DNA from: Macrostomum lignano
Taxonomy: Eukaryota
NCBI GenBank assembly: GCA_002269645.1
Contig: NIVC01000808.1
Location: 310,001 to 374,000, forward strand
DNA length: 64,000 bases
Direction of reading: 5' to 3'
The notes below the pieces were generated by a model. It made no database searches. It was not told the DNA's origin and saw only the letters and a program-made list of their open reading frames with translations. The position numbers were made by a program, and so were the translations under genes. Shown piece by piece: positions 28,393-41,591 of this stretch (position 1 is its first letter; the number at the start of each line of letters is the position of its first letter).

Positions 28393-29809
28393 CGGTGGAA
28401 ACGCTGGTTGGTCGGTCCGTATTTATTGACGTCCGAAGCGTCCCCCTGACTGCCGTCTCCACTGAAGTTCTCATCAACTTCCGTTATTAGGAGTAGCCTT
28501 CGTTTCTACTAAAGTATCCGAATTGGCTCAGTTCTAGAAAATACTCGCACTCGTAAATGACTGCCTCCTTGGCAACTGTGCGAGACCGCAATCAGCAGAG
28601 CACGCACACACAAATCACAGCTCTCTTGTAGTGCACCATAGCAGACCATTATGCATATATAATACGCTGTAGTTGCATGCATTCACACATGGATACCGCT
28701 GATTTAAAAATGATAATCTTATCGATTTTTATACTACTTACTAAGTAACAATAGTCGAAATTACTTTGCAATTCTAGATGTATATACTGTAACTTAAATA
28801 AGTGTTGTGCTCCAATGCCAGAAGTCACGACTGGCCCCTCTTTAACTCAGCAATTCACCCAATGCCACATTTGCTTGCGTCGCAAAACTGGCACTCCACA
28901 AACGCAGTCAGCATCTCATTATAGCGAGTCCGCTGTTTCTTCTCTTGTTCGGTTATGAAATACCCGTATGAGTCAAAAAGCTTTCAAATGTCGTAATGTA
29001 CGTAATTGATTATTCGCCAAACAGGAGTCTGTTAAAAATGCGTTTGAAAAAAATTGGAAATGTAAATAAACACAGTACACTTGCGCTATCGCCGCTGCTT
29101 TTTGTTTTTGCTTTCAGGACTGACTAACGGTTCCGTGCTTATAAACTGCTTGATAAAATAACTTCTGTTTTTGTTTTTCCTCTTTTCTTAATTGAGTACA
29201 GTCGTCAACAGTGCAAACATATGTTTCACGAATTAGGCCCGTAGGGCTCGTATCACGCAAGAATTAATTAAATTACAATTTAGTAAAGACGTGCATGTAC
29301 TAGTCCTTGCAAACTATACTTAAACTAAGTGTAAAACTGCACTGTCGCTGTACTTAACAAACCTCTTCTATACCGTAGTTGGCGATAGACCAGTAAACCC
29401 GACAGAATTTAGTTGGATGTGGTATGGCAGTAGGTGGCAAGCGCATCTACTGATGCAGAACAAAAGCCATACGTTGCTGAAGATGTTGTTGCGTTGGAAC
29501 CCGTCCAGGTCTTAAGCATCCAATATCGGTATCGCGAACTGAGATTATCTGACAGCTGTAAATACTCGTTAAGCAAGAAAGAGCAGCTTGTCTGTAGGCA
29601 ATACAGGAGTTGCTAAAAGAACTGCAGAAAGAGAGGAAAAACTGCTTATTGCGTTCTTCAACAGTGAACTGTGCGGCTCACAACTAGTCACAACTAGACT
29701 CCATCCTGTCGAGTCATCGGCCATACGTTAGTTTTAGTCTCTTTGTTTTGGTTGGTTCAATGTATGTTTGGGATTAACGCGGTTGAAAATATTTACTAGA
29801 ATCCATGGT

Positions 29810-30105
29810 GATTCTAGTGGTGGCGCGCTGGAACTCCGCCCCTGAGCGCTACCCTGCGCCGGCGCCGCCAGATGCTGCTGGGCCACTGCCTACGGACCTG
29901 GGTCGCGGTAGGCCCGTCCCTCTGGCCCTGGCCATGCTGCACCGGCCGACCGAGCAATTGCGCCGCGGCCAGGCCCGCACTGCCACTCTAACGGACTGCC
30001 TCATCGCTGACTTGCAGGCGCTTGACCTGACCCCTCAGGCTGCTGCTGCCTGCCCCTCCGCCTGTTCTGCGATCGCGTGCGCGCAAGGGTTCTCCCCTCT
30101 GCGTC

Positions 30106-30157
<52 letters not shown>
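29810..30157 (+). mobile_element. Possible 5'-truncated LINE 3' end with a (TA)n tail
   Basis: GC-rich island in AT-rich DNA. Translation LRRGQARTATLTDCLIADLQALDL loosely resembles RTE/CR1 ORF2 C-termini, and it ends in (TA)n at 30108-30157. Confidence 0.3.
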
Positions 30158-30159
<2 letters not shown>

Positions 30160-30345
30160 CGATTAATTAACGATTCTGTTTCGTGCTTGCCAAATACGAA
30201 ACAGAGGAAGCACTTGTACGAGTCTATGGCCCACGAAAAATTTAAGCTACGAAAACTACAGAAACCCGAGGTTACAATCAAAATTCAAAAATACAAATGT
30301 AAGAAGTCGGTGGTGTTTGGTTTATGCAGCCGACTAGTTCCTATT

Positions 30346-31423
30346 ATGCCGTTGAGAACTCGCGCAACCTCGACCACGGCGAGCCATTGCAGCCGCTACC
30401 AAGCTGCCGCTGGGCGCCGAACTTCATTCGGCCAAGCCCCCAAAGGCCACTATCGCTTTCAGTCATCTGCCAGCAGCGATTCCAGCTGCAGTGACAGCAA
30501 CGGAAGCAGCAAGTACTTGTCCCTTGGTCACATCGGAGCCACTCGGACACACAGCCAGCCAGACAAGCAGCCCGAGCTCAGATTGCAGCTTCAACTCAAG
30601 GATTCTAGACAATGGGAACCATGGACGTGACTACGACCGCCTCATCAAACTGGCAGTGCGCGATGCTAACTCTTCGAACCGCCAGCAGTCGACCAGGCGT
30701 CGGAGTCGCCGACATGACTCGATGTCGCCGCAGCCAATCCAGCCGGCGTATTCGTCGCCCACTTCGAACCCGTACAGGTACCGGCGCGGTCGCAGCGCAG
30801 GGCGGCAGCATGAGGATTCGATCAGCCCAGCGCAGCGTTGGAACGACAACATTTCCAACCAAAGCAAGATATACGACTTTACGTTGAGACAGCAGCGGCA
30901 GAGAAGAACGGCCTGCAAGCCGCAGTTGCTGCAGCAGCAAAAGCATGGACGAATGATCCAGGAGCAGCAACCAAACAAGATTTACGCTGGCAATCACGCG
31001 GAGAGCAATGTGCTGCTCAATCGGAAGCTCAACGACTCACTTCGACGGCTGCAGTCGCAGAGACGAAGCAGCCGCAACTTGGTGCGGTGCAACAATGAGG
31101 ACAGGTGGACGTCGTTCTACGGCGAAGACGACAGCGACTCCAGCGAAAGTGAGCAGGAAGAGAGACCGCTCCAAGTTCAAAAGTCTCAGCAATGGGTGCG
31201 GGACAGGTGCGGCAGAGATGAGCGAGCCCGAGAGCTAGAGCCTAGCTGCGATGGCGCCAGAGGCTGCATGCGAGAGACCAGAAGCCACCGCGAGACCCTG
31301 TTCAGCTGCCCGTTCATGGCCCTGTCACTGAAGACCAAGATCTACGAGTGCGATAAATGCGCTACCAAATACCACAGCAGTTTGAGCGGCAGTCGGGCTC
31401 GAATGTCGCTCGATCAGCAGTAA
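30346..31423 (+). CDS. Uncharacterised Ser/Arg/Gln-rich protein with C-terminal Cys motifs; probably exons 30346-30512 and 30559 (or 30589)-31423
   Basis: Two overlapping GC-rich ORFs can be joined by a 46- or 76-nt GT-AG intron in phase 2. C-terminus FSCPFMALSLKTKIYECDKCATKY. No family recognised. Confidence 0.45.
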
Positions 31424-32516
31424 TTTTTCGTCAGCGTCACTCATTTTTTGTTGAGGCAAAAACTTCTGTTTTGTGTCGAACTCCCATGAAGAGTTACTTA
31501 CAAAAGCAATTGTTGTATTTTATTACTCCCCGAAAAATCAATTCATCCAGGTAAAAAATCTTTTAAAGTTACATTGTAAACTGTGAAATATAATAGTCAC
31601 AAAGAAATAAAACTTGTGCAAAGAATTTTATCTCACACAATTGTTTTTGAACATTCAAAGCTGATTTTGCTCAGTAGTTCTCATTTGAAATAAGCCACTG
31701 GGACTGTCATCCAATGTACTCGTAGGACTGGCATAAGCGCTCACCGGAGCTGCCAATGCCTAACACAAGGAGCAGGGAAATGACAGCAGTCAAAGTCAAC
31801 AGTGCTCATCATCACAAAGTATTCGATTCTCTGAAACACGGTTGATGTAGCAGGCGACTTCTTTGACAATTCGATGACCGACAGAACACCTCGCCATCAA
31901 ACGAGGCCAATTTATGCGATTACCGATTTGTACTTCATTTCTCATCGCTTTGTACATCAGTCATGCGATTTAATAGCCTACTTGACGGCGGTGTGAACAA
32001 GTCCTCAGTTTTTGTCATCCAATTTTCAACCCTGTAGATGTCCTACTCGAAATCAATTTTGCTCATTTCCACCGGACCCTACCGATAGTGGGTGCTAATG
32101 CCAGACCCCGCCAGTAGAGACCCTACCTTTTAATGGCTTTTATAGACCACTACCACAGGTGAAAAGTCTAAACCAGAAGGTATTCAGTTTAATTATGCAT
32201 ACGAATTCTCGGCAAAAGGTAGCAACCTAATCTTTGTTCGATTTATTTTTGCTTGTTTTCTGAAGCAGAACTGCATTAAAGCAAAATGCAACCACAACAA
32301 AAGGCTGCCTATAGGGAACAGCTGTGTGAAAACGTGCGCTTATAACGTGCAAAAACAGGAGCTGGTTATCAGAAGAAAACAAACTATAACTATAAGCACA
32401 GTGCCACGAGTACGGAGATCTGATTCAGACACAACAATGCGAGTATTTTCATTTGCGTCCGTCAGCGAATCCCCAGGTCGAATGGAACTGTAAACATCTA
32501 TATAAAATTGACTATT

Positions 32517-35500
32517 TCATAGCCCCTTTCCATTTAGGAGGCCGTCGCTGTACTCCGACTGCCTCAAGGTTTCAGGGGAGGCGTAACGCCTTTTTAGCAA
32601 GACAAACGCGGCCACAAGGCCGGACAAGACGGTGAGTTTCAACATGGTGCCCGTTGAGAACAGGTCGCTGACTGAGGTTAAACTGCTGAGCATGCAGCCG
32701 GCTTCGACCGTGATGAAATTGTAAGGCATTAGGCCTGCCAAAGGGAGATTTGTAATTTGTACTCGTATATATTGCTATCAATACTGCGAAATGCATGTTT
32801 AATAAGTGACTTAATAAGCGCATTCCATAGTAGTGGAAATCTTTCCACGACCCATTTACTGATTTTACTGTAAATATTGGAGTGCTCTAGACACTGCATG
32901 ACTGGAGTGCTCTAGACACTGAATGACTGGAGTGCTCTAGACACTGAATGACTGGAGTGCTCTAGACACTGAATGACTGGAGTGCTCTAGACACTGAAGG
33001 ACTGGAGTGCTCTAGACACTGAATGACTGGAGTGCTCTAGACACTGCATGACTGGAGTGCTCTAGACACTGAATGACTGGAGTGCTCTAGACACTGAAGG
33101 ACTGGAGTGCTCTAGACACTGAAGGACTGGAGTGCTCTAGACACTGAATGACTGGAGTGCTCTAGACACTGCATGACTGGAGTGCTCTAGACACTGCATG
33201 ACTCGATTACCTTCAATGAATGCAGCAATAAAATTCTCACCGAGAAACACGGAGGGGAAGAAGTGGAGCAGCGGTACGCCCAGTAGCGGCGAGGCCATGT
33301 TGAGAAACCAGTTGGGCGACATGGGGAACAGGCGCAGGGACAGCAGCATAGCGAACAGGGAGCGCCGATTTTGCTGCACTCGCCGGCGCAGCGGCTCCAG
33401 GCGCCTGTGAAAAGCCCGCTCAACCAGGCGCTTGCCGAAGTGGCGCGACATCAGGTAGCAGCCGGTGGCGCCGCAGGCTGTCAGCAAGCAGCACAGAGGA
33501 AAACCGCGCGCAAGGCCGAACAGCGCGCCGCCAAGGAGGTTCTGCGGATTGATAAGATTAATATACTCTTGGTGAGATTGATGGGAAATCGGATTGTTAG
33601 GAATCTGGGTGAGGTTGTTGAGAATCTGGGTGAGATTTGTGGGAATCTGGGTGAGATTGTTGGGAATCTGGGTGAGATTTTTGGGAATCTGGGTGAGATT
33701 GTTGGGAATCTGGGTGAGATTTTTGGGAATCTGGGTGAGCTTGTTGGGAATCTGGGTGAGATTTGTGGGAATCTGGGTGAGATTGTTGGGAATCTAGCTG
33801 AGATTTTTGGGAATCTGGGTGAGATTGTTGAGAATCTGGGTGAGATTGTTGGGAATCTGGGTGAGATTGTTGAGAATCTGGGTGAGATTGTTGGGAATCT
33901 GGGTGAGATTGTTGGGAATCTGGGTGAGATTGTTGGGAATCTAGACGACATTTAGTGGTTTAATAAAATATTGATGAGAATCTAAGTAAGATTTTTAAAA
34001 ATTGAAGACAAGTTGAAAACCGACAATTGATGAGCGAGATTGACAGACTGAGGGATTCAAGCTTAGAAAATTCGGGACTAAGAAGCAGGGGAAGTCACAG
34101 TAACGCGAGCACTGCAGCAGCAGCTCTAACCATAAAAACGGAGCCAGGAATGGCGAAGCACTGTTTATAGACGTAGGCACTGCAGAATAGCGCAAACACA
34201 TAGCCGGGATGGTCGTCTTTGAATGACTTCAATAAGCTGGCTAGCTGGTTGAGATCGGCCAGGCTGGTTGGAAATTTCATTTCGGCACTGCAAATTTGAG
34301 CATAGAGAAGCCAATTTTGAGTCTGATAGCTCTGGCTGCAATTGAGGCGGCTCCAGGAGATAGGAAGGTGTATGCTTGCGTCTTTTCAGTCTAGCTAGTG
34401 TACTGTGTGTACAGTGGAGCATCACTCTATCTCTCTTTCTCAGGCAGTGATAGCGTACACTCAGTCCACTGGCTGATGGGAAGTGGCTGAAGCACACTGG
34501 AAGCTGATGGGAAGTGGCTGCTGCACACTGGAAGCTGATGGGAAGTGACTGCAGCACACTGGAAGCTGATGGAAAGTGGCTGCTGCACACTGGAAGCTGA
34601 TGGGAAGTGACTGCAGCACACTGGAAGCTGATGGGAAGTGGCTGCAGCACACTGGAAGCTGATGGGAAGTGGCTGAAGCACACTGGAAGCTGATGGGAAG
34701 TGACTGCAGCACACTGGAAGCTGATGGAAAGTGGCTGCTGCACACTGGAAGCTGATGGGAAGTGGCTGCTGCACACTGGAAGCTGATGGGAAGTGACTGC
34801 AGCACACTGGAAGCTGATGGGAAGTGGCTGCAGCACACTGGAAGCTGATGGGAAGTGGCTGAAGCACACTGGAAGCTGATGGGAAGTGACTGCAGCACAC
34901 TGGAAGCTGATGGAAAGTGGCTGCAGCACACTGGAAGCTGATGGGAAGTGACTGCAGCACACTGGAAGCTGATGGGAAGTGGCTGCAGCACACTGGAAGC
35001 TGATGGGAAGTGACTGCAGCACACTGGAAGCTGATGGGAAGTGGCTGAAGCACACTGGAAGCTGATGGGAAGTGGCTGCAGCACACTGGAAGCTGATGGG
35101 AAGTGACTGCAGCACACTGGAAGCTGATGGAAAGTGGCTGCAGCACACTGGAAGCTGATGGGAAGTGGCTGAAGCACACTGGAAGCTGATGGGAAGTGGC
35201 TGCAGCACACTGGAAGCACACTGGTTAACCCCAATAAACAAACTATTTAGTAAATCTGAAGAAGTGCAAAACACTGAACAAAACAGCCTAACTCACTTTT
35301 TGCTGCCTTTTAACTGATTCTCAGCAATGGCTGGCCTGTAGACAGTGGCGAGGGTGTACAGGTAGGCAGTGTAGATGCAGAACAGGACCGGCACGCAGGC
35401 AAGTCTGGAACAGTCTGGAAAAGTAAAGTACACGCAAAAGTACTTTTAATGTGACTCCTAGTAGCGAAGAAGATCCCTGAGTGACATTTACCCAAAATAA

Positions 35501-35534
35501 ACGAATGAAACGGCTTACCTTTCCATTTCCCCAT
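32517..35534 (-). CDS. TMEM41A: TMEM41A-like VTT/SNARE-associated (DedA-family) membrane protein, 269 aa. Exons 35519-35534, 35297-35414, 34131-34287, 33241-33541, 32517-32734
   Basis: In-phase GT-AG junctions (810 nt). Motifs FPTSLADL, LFCSAYVYKQCFAIPGS, NLLGGALFG, LRLFPMSPNWFLN, GLMPYNFITVEAG. Confidence 0.92.
32876..33202. repeat. Minisatellite, 25-bp unit (GACTGGAGTGCTCTAGACACTGAAT), TMEM41A intron 4
   Basis: Directly visible. Confidence 0.95.
33597..33945. repeat. Minisatellite, 21-bp unit (GGGAATCTGGGTGAGATTGTT), TMEM41A intron 3
   Basis: Directly visible. Confidence 0.95.
34480..35222. repeat. Minisatellite, 31-bp unit (CACACTGGAAGCTGATGGGAAGTGGCTGCAG), TMEM41A intron 2
   Basis: Directly visible. 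Confidence 0.95.
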
Positions 35535-36384
35535 TCAGATGCGCTGAAAGGCAAAGTAAGAGAAACAATGAGATATCACTAAATTATAAGTGATCAAGGA
35601 TGATAAATTAATAAGCCAGCAGACAAACTTAAAGTGTTTTTTATTGTTAAGAAAAGTTCTAACGCTTACAAGACCGTTATCTTGTATTTAAGTATATATT
35701 TTTGTTATTAATAAAACACACACACAGATCAGTAAAATTTCGCGCACGCAACAATTGATAATGATTTTTGGCCAATTATCATATTAAAAAACACTCAATT
35801 ATAAACGGAGTTAAGGCCCCGCGCTGGAGGCCAGGAGGAGAAAGCGGTCCCCATAAACTTGAATAACATTTTTACGCAGTTATAGTTTGATGCCGGTACA
35901 CTACTGTCAGTAGGTTGGCTGGAGTATAAGGATGGGAGGTCTCTCTAGTCAGACAGGGGCCTGCGGAGGCGGGGGTCCGAACAGGTTGATCAGGCGAGTA
36001 TTGGTTCAATACATATACTAAAAACAAACAATTAAAAATCGAATGTTCGATAATTAAAACATAGCACACCGATAGATATAAAATAAAAAATAAAAATACG
36101 TGTAGAAAACTCGGGTTAACTAATTATTTAATGGAAATTAATGTCATTTCGATAATATCCGGATAGACTCATCAGCTTTGGAAGAGCAAGATAAAAAATC
36201 GCTTGAATATATTGTTATAAATCAATGAAGGCTAAGCACCGATTGTGGCCTATCCAGGCAATGAAATATATAGAGGCCAAGGACTACTGGTTACATGGAC
36301 TGGAAGAGGACCCGCACCTGCCACAGAATCCTATCCATGAGTGGCAACACGCAAGCGATGGGAAGAACAAGTAGAACACCTTAG

Positions 36385-36700
36385 ATAGGGAGCTGGGATT
36401 TGGGGAGCTGGGGTTGGGGAGCTGGGGTTGGGCAGCTGGGATTTGGGGAGCCGGGATTAGGGAGCTGGGGTTGGGCAGCTGGGGTTGGGCAGCTGGGATT
36501 TGGGGAGCCGGGATTGTGGAGCCGGGATTGGAGAGCTGGGGTTGGGCAGCTGGGGTTGGGCAGCTGGGATTTGGGGAGCCGGGATTAGGGAGCTGGGGTT
36601 GGGCAGCTGGGATTTGGAGAGCCGGGATTGTGGAGCTGGGGTTGGGGAAATGGGATTGGGGAGCTGGGATTTGGGGAGCCGGGATTGGGGAGCTGGGATG
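36385..36700. repeat. G-rich composite tandem repeat (GGGAGCTGGGGTTG / GGGAGCCGGGATT)
   Basis: Directly visible. Confidence 0.9.
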
Positions 36701-36855
36701 GGAGGTAAGATCTTGGGGTGATGCGCGGGTCCGTTTCCATTCCAGGTAACCAGGGGCCTGTGGATTCACGGGATAAGCGAACGATAAAAAAGGTAATTTT
36801 TATTTTCCATGTCTCAAATCGGTCTAATTAGAATTAAAGAGAGTTGCTTAATTGA

Positions 36856-39800
36856 TCAGTCCTTCCACGAGTCCTTGATCTTGATGGCCCACTCCCAGGA
36901 CAAGAAGTCGTTCCTGTCATCGTCGGTAAAGCGCGACTTTATAGTGTAAGTGCCGCGGGCCATCATGCCGCTGGGAGCCTCTTGTGCCGGGCTGCTGTAC
37001 ACGTGCGGCTCGGCCTTCGGGGGGTAGCTGCCAACCATCAGGTCGTCCTTGGCAACTGAGGGACAGTTAAGTGAGTCATTGCTAGGGGTGCGCCGAGCAC
37101 AGGTCATCCAAAATTTGTCATGTCAAGGTCATCTACGGTCATCGAAAGTTGAAAGCCTACAGATCAAACACAGGTTGGGCCGTGGACAGCACAAACTTGC
37201 AGTTTATATTTCACAGTAAATGAGTTGATTAACGTCAGTGCTAAATTGCAAGTTTGCGTGTTGTCTATGGCCCCACCTGAGTTTGTTATGTAGGCTTTCA
37301 ACTTTGAATGTCTGTTTGCTGACTTAGCATGACAAAAGCAATATTAAATGATAGGTCACTCTGCATTAACTCATAGGTAATTTTGTGTTTGTTCTAAATT
37401 TTTTGTCTATTGTCTTTATTTGATCATCTACTAAATGTTTTTTTAGTTTGTTTCTGGCAATATTGTTCTAAAAACAGCTCCTCTATTTCTGCCCTTGGAA
37501 TAAGCATAACTATCGGAACCAGGGTGAACTAATCTAGGGTTTATGTAGCTGTGGTGCTGAGCAGTGAGTGAGCTAGCTAGCTGGTCAAGGCTGGGACTCT
37601 ATTTATTAGAATCTACGTACTTTACTAAAACGTTAACATACTTAATAAGTCAATGCATTGCACACAACTTGACGCGGCAGTTGTTCATTTGTGCCTATTA
37701 AAGTTGGGACAGATAATGCCACTGTGCCAGCTGCTAAGCAAACACTGCGCATTGAAGCTATATTATATGCCAGATTACTAAATTTGCCATACACGTAAAC
37801 GCTCAGAGAATATCTAAACTGGTCACAGGACACTACATATAACTCTACACATTGTACAGCCCAAGCACTTCACACTAAGGCGGCAAACTCTGCTATATTG
37901 CCAACCTGAACACGAACTTGAGTCATGCCAAATGTGCATTGCTGTAGTGTTACGTTGGTTTTTTACGAGTATTATACAAAATTTTCTACTCTGTGCACAC
38001 ACTTCTTTTTTGCGTTCTCCTTTCAGCTGCGTTTAATAAGCACTTTTCTATGGCTTAGAATTTCTATGCCAGTCTAATGGCTCTCTTTGAGAGGATGCCA
38101 GTCTAATGACGACTCTTATGGGGTATTAGTGCCAGTCTAATGACGACTCTTATGGGGTATTAGTGCCAGTCTAATGACGACTCTTATGGGGTATTAGTGC
38201 CAGTCTAATGGCTCTCTTTTAGAGGATTAGTGCCAGCCTAATGGCTCTCTTTTAGATGATTAGTGCCAGTATAATGGCTCTCTTTTAGAGGATTAGTGCC
38301 AGTCTAATGGCTCTCTTTGAGAGGATTAGTGCCAGTCTAATGTCGACTCTTATGGGGTATTAGTGCCAGCCTAATGGCTCTCTTTTAGAGGATTAGTGCC
38401 AGTATAATGGCTCTCTTTTAGAGGATTAGTGCCAGCCTAATGGCTCTCTTTTAGAGGATTAGTGCCAGTATAATGGCTCTCTTTTAGAGGATTAGTGCCA
38501 GTATAATGGCTCTCGTTGAGAGGATTAGTGCCAGTCTAATGGCTCTCTTTTAGAGGATTAGTGCCAGTCTAATGACGACTCTTATGGGGTATTAGTGCCA
38601 GTCTAATGACGACTCTTATGGGGTATTAGTGCCAGTCTAATGACGACTCTTATGGGGTATTAGTGCCAGTCTAATGACGACTCTATGGGGTATTAGTGCC
38701 AGTCTAATGACGACTCTATGGGGTATTAGTGCCAGTCTAATGACGACTCTTATGGGGTATTAGTGCCAGTCTAATGACGACTCTTATGGGGTATTAGTGC
38801 CAGTCTAATGACGACTCTTATGGGGTATTAGTGCCAGTCTAATGACGACTCTTATGGGGTATTAGTGCCAGTCTAATGACGACTCTATGGGGTATTAGTG
38901 CCAGTCTAATGACGACTCTATGGGGTATTAGTGCCAGTCTAATGACGACTCTATGGGGTATTAGTGCCAGTCTAATGACGACTCTTATGGGGTATTAGTG
39001 CCAGTCTAATGACGACTCTTATGGGGTATTAGTGCCAGTCTAATGACGACTCTTATGGGGTATTAGTGCCAGTCTAATGACGACTCTATGGGGTATTAGT
39101 GCCAGTCTAATGACGACTCTATGGGGTATTAGTGCCAGTCTAATGACGACTCTTATGGGGTATTAGTGCCAGTCTAATGACGACTCTTATGGGGTATTAG
39201 TGCCAGTCTAATGACGACTCTTATGGGGTATTAGTGCCAGTCTAATGACGACTCTTATGGGGTATTAGTGCCAGTCTAATGACGACTCTATGGGGTATTA
39301 GTGCCAGTCTAATGACGACTCTATGGGGTATTAGTGCCAGTCTAATGACGACTCTATGGGGTATTAGTGCCAGTCTAATGACGACTCTTATGGGGTATTA
39401 GTGCCAGTCTAATGACGACTCTTATGGGGTATTAGTGCCAGTCTAATGACGACTCTATGGGGTATTAGTGCCAGTCTAATGACGACTCTATGGGGTATTA
39501 GTGCCAGTCTAATGACGACTCTTATGGGGTATTAGTGCCAGTCTAATGACGACTCTTATGGGGTATTAGTGCCAGTCTAATGACGACTCTTATGGGGTAT
39601 TAGTGCCAGTCTAATGACGACTCTTATGGGTATTAGTGCCAGTCTAATGACGACTCTTATGGGGTATTAGTGCCAGTCTAATGACGACTCTTATGGGGTA
39701 TTAGTGCCAGTCTAATGACGACTCTTATGGGGTATTAGTGCCAGTCTAATGATGACTCTTATGGGGTATTAGTGCCAGTCTAATGACGACTCTTATGGGG

Positions 39801-40440
39801 TATTAGTGCCAGTCTATAGACGACTCTTATGGGGTATTAGTGCCAGTCTAATGGCTAATATTCTTGAGGATTTGTGCCAGTCCAATGGGAACTCTTCTGG
39901 AGGATAAGTGGCAGTCTAGTAGCAACACTTCTGAAGGATTAGTGGCAGTCAAATGGCAACTTTTCTGGGGGATTAGGGGCAGCTTATTGATAGGAATCTT
40001 CTTAGATTAGATACTCGCATTCACACTAACATTCTGGGCAACTCACCTCGTATGCCCATCTTGTACGAACAGTTGATGTACCGCAAACCGGCCACGATCT
40101 CACGTTGCACATAGAAAAACACTTTCACCCGATAATTTACCCCTTCTTTGATCACGATTGGTGACTTTTTAAGCACTGACAGATCCGCATCCATCAGTTG
40201 GATGTTGGCTGGCTCGCGGCTTTCGCCTAGGAATTCAATCTGTATTTTCTGCACAATCACATTTCTAGGATTGTCAGGAAACACAGGCGGCACAGTGTTG
40301 CCGAGCAGTTGCTTTTTATAATTCTCAAGGGACGGATCGTCCTTGTCGGCGTTGAGAATCTCGTCCAGAGACTTTGGCGCCGGCGGCTTGAAGCCAGTGT
40401 CCTCCGGGACCAGATCATCATTGTCGCCTTTTTCAGCCAT
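36856..40440 (-). CDS. ARHGDIA: Rho GDP-dissociation inhibitor, 197 aa. Exons 40047-40440 and 36856-37055
   Basis: Phase-1 GT-AG intron (594 nt CDS). Motifs FKPPAPKSLDEILNADKDDPSLENYKKQLLG, IKEGVNYRVKVFFYVQREIVAGLRY, MVGSYPPK, EAPSGMMARG, LSWEW. RhoGDI family certain; the symbol is the closest human name. Confidence 0.95.
38095..39870. repeat. Minisatellite, 33-34 bp unit (TTAGTGCCAGTCTAATGACGACTCTTATGGGGTA), RhoGDI intron
   Basis: Directly visible; a second variant (GGCTCTCTTTTAGAGGA) is confined to 38200-38570. Confidence 0.96.
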
Positions 40441-40805
40441 TTTTTTTTTCAATTTAGTGTGATTAAAGCTTTTGCATCAAAGTTTGTTGTTTTTATCTTT
40501 TTGAAGCTACAAATTAGGACAAGGGGTACTATGCTCTAGCAAGTCCTTTCTATATTAAAAGCTAAAATATATTGCATTTTTATTCTCAAATTCTTAGATA
40601 TTAATATAACTGCAGACATTGTATGTTGCTTGTAAGCCTAAAAATGGTTGGCTTGTTTGTATTTTATAATAAGGAGACAGTGCACGGCTTGCTAGTCATT
40701 TAGCATATAGCACTTTTAGCATGCACTAGATGCTATCTATAATTAGGAAAGTGGCAGAATATATAGTAGAATAAATTTTAAAAAGACAATCTATACACTA
40801 TCTAT

Positions 40806-41591
40806 GGCTCATTCCATATAAGATGGACATTTTTGGAAAATAGAAAAAAGTCAATATTTTTGCTTGCCATTGTCTTATCAGCCATTTTTTTACCAAATGT
40901 TTTTTATGTGTAATATCTACAATCTAAGAATAAATGAATGATAAAATGTTAGATTAGTATGCTATCAAGTGGCAAAAAGTCATTTTTGTAAAAATTTAAA
41001 CATTTTTCTAAGCAAAAGACATCATTAAGTTTGTGTACCTTTTAAAAACAAATAGAAAGCTTTGGAAGGTTGAAACAAACTATAGATAAAAGTATAGTAC
41101 TTGCATCATCAGATAAAAGTATTGGTGACCAAATAATCTATTATATTTTTAATATATTGGTACCTCAAAGTTACTGAATTGACAGAAAAAAATATGTTAC
41201 GACCATAATGTTACGACCATAAGGCTGCCTTTTCTTTTGTATCTTTGTTGCCTTTTTGAGTTTATATATTCTAATAAAAGAGTATGATTACTAAAGATGT
41301 TCTTAGTCAAATTTTAAAAAATGTATTGCAAAATATCAAAAATAAAAATGTTATAAGACTTTTACCTTTTAGTTTCTATATGTAAAAAATCCTGTTGTTA
41401 CGACCATAAGTGCCATTCAAGGTTTAATAGCATCTATACAAATGATGATATCTACATGAAACTCTATAAAAATATTTTTGACAAAATTATCTTTCATTTA
41501 AAATATTGGTTTAGTATATTCTATTATTATATTTCATTTTATAAGTAAAAATAGCCTGTCATGTTACGACCATGCTTATATGGAATGAGCC
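40806..41591. mobile_element. Non-autonomous DNA transposon with a 17-bp TIR and a 4-bp TSD (Sola-like?)
   Basis: TIR GGCTCATTCCATATAAG / CTTATATGGAATGAGCC, flanked by CTAT on both sides (40802-05, 41592-95). Internal TGTTACGACCAT motifs. An alternative reading is a TA TSD. Confidence 0.75.
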
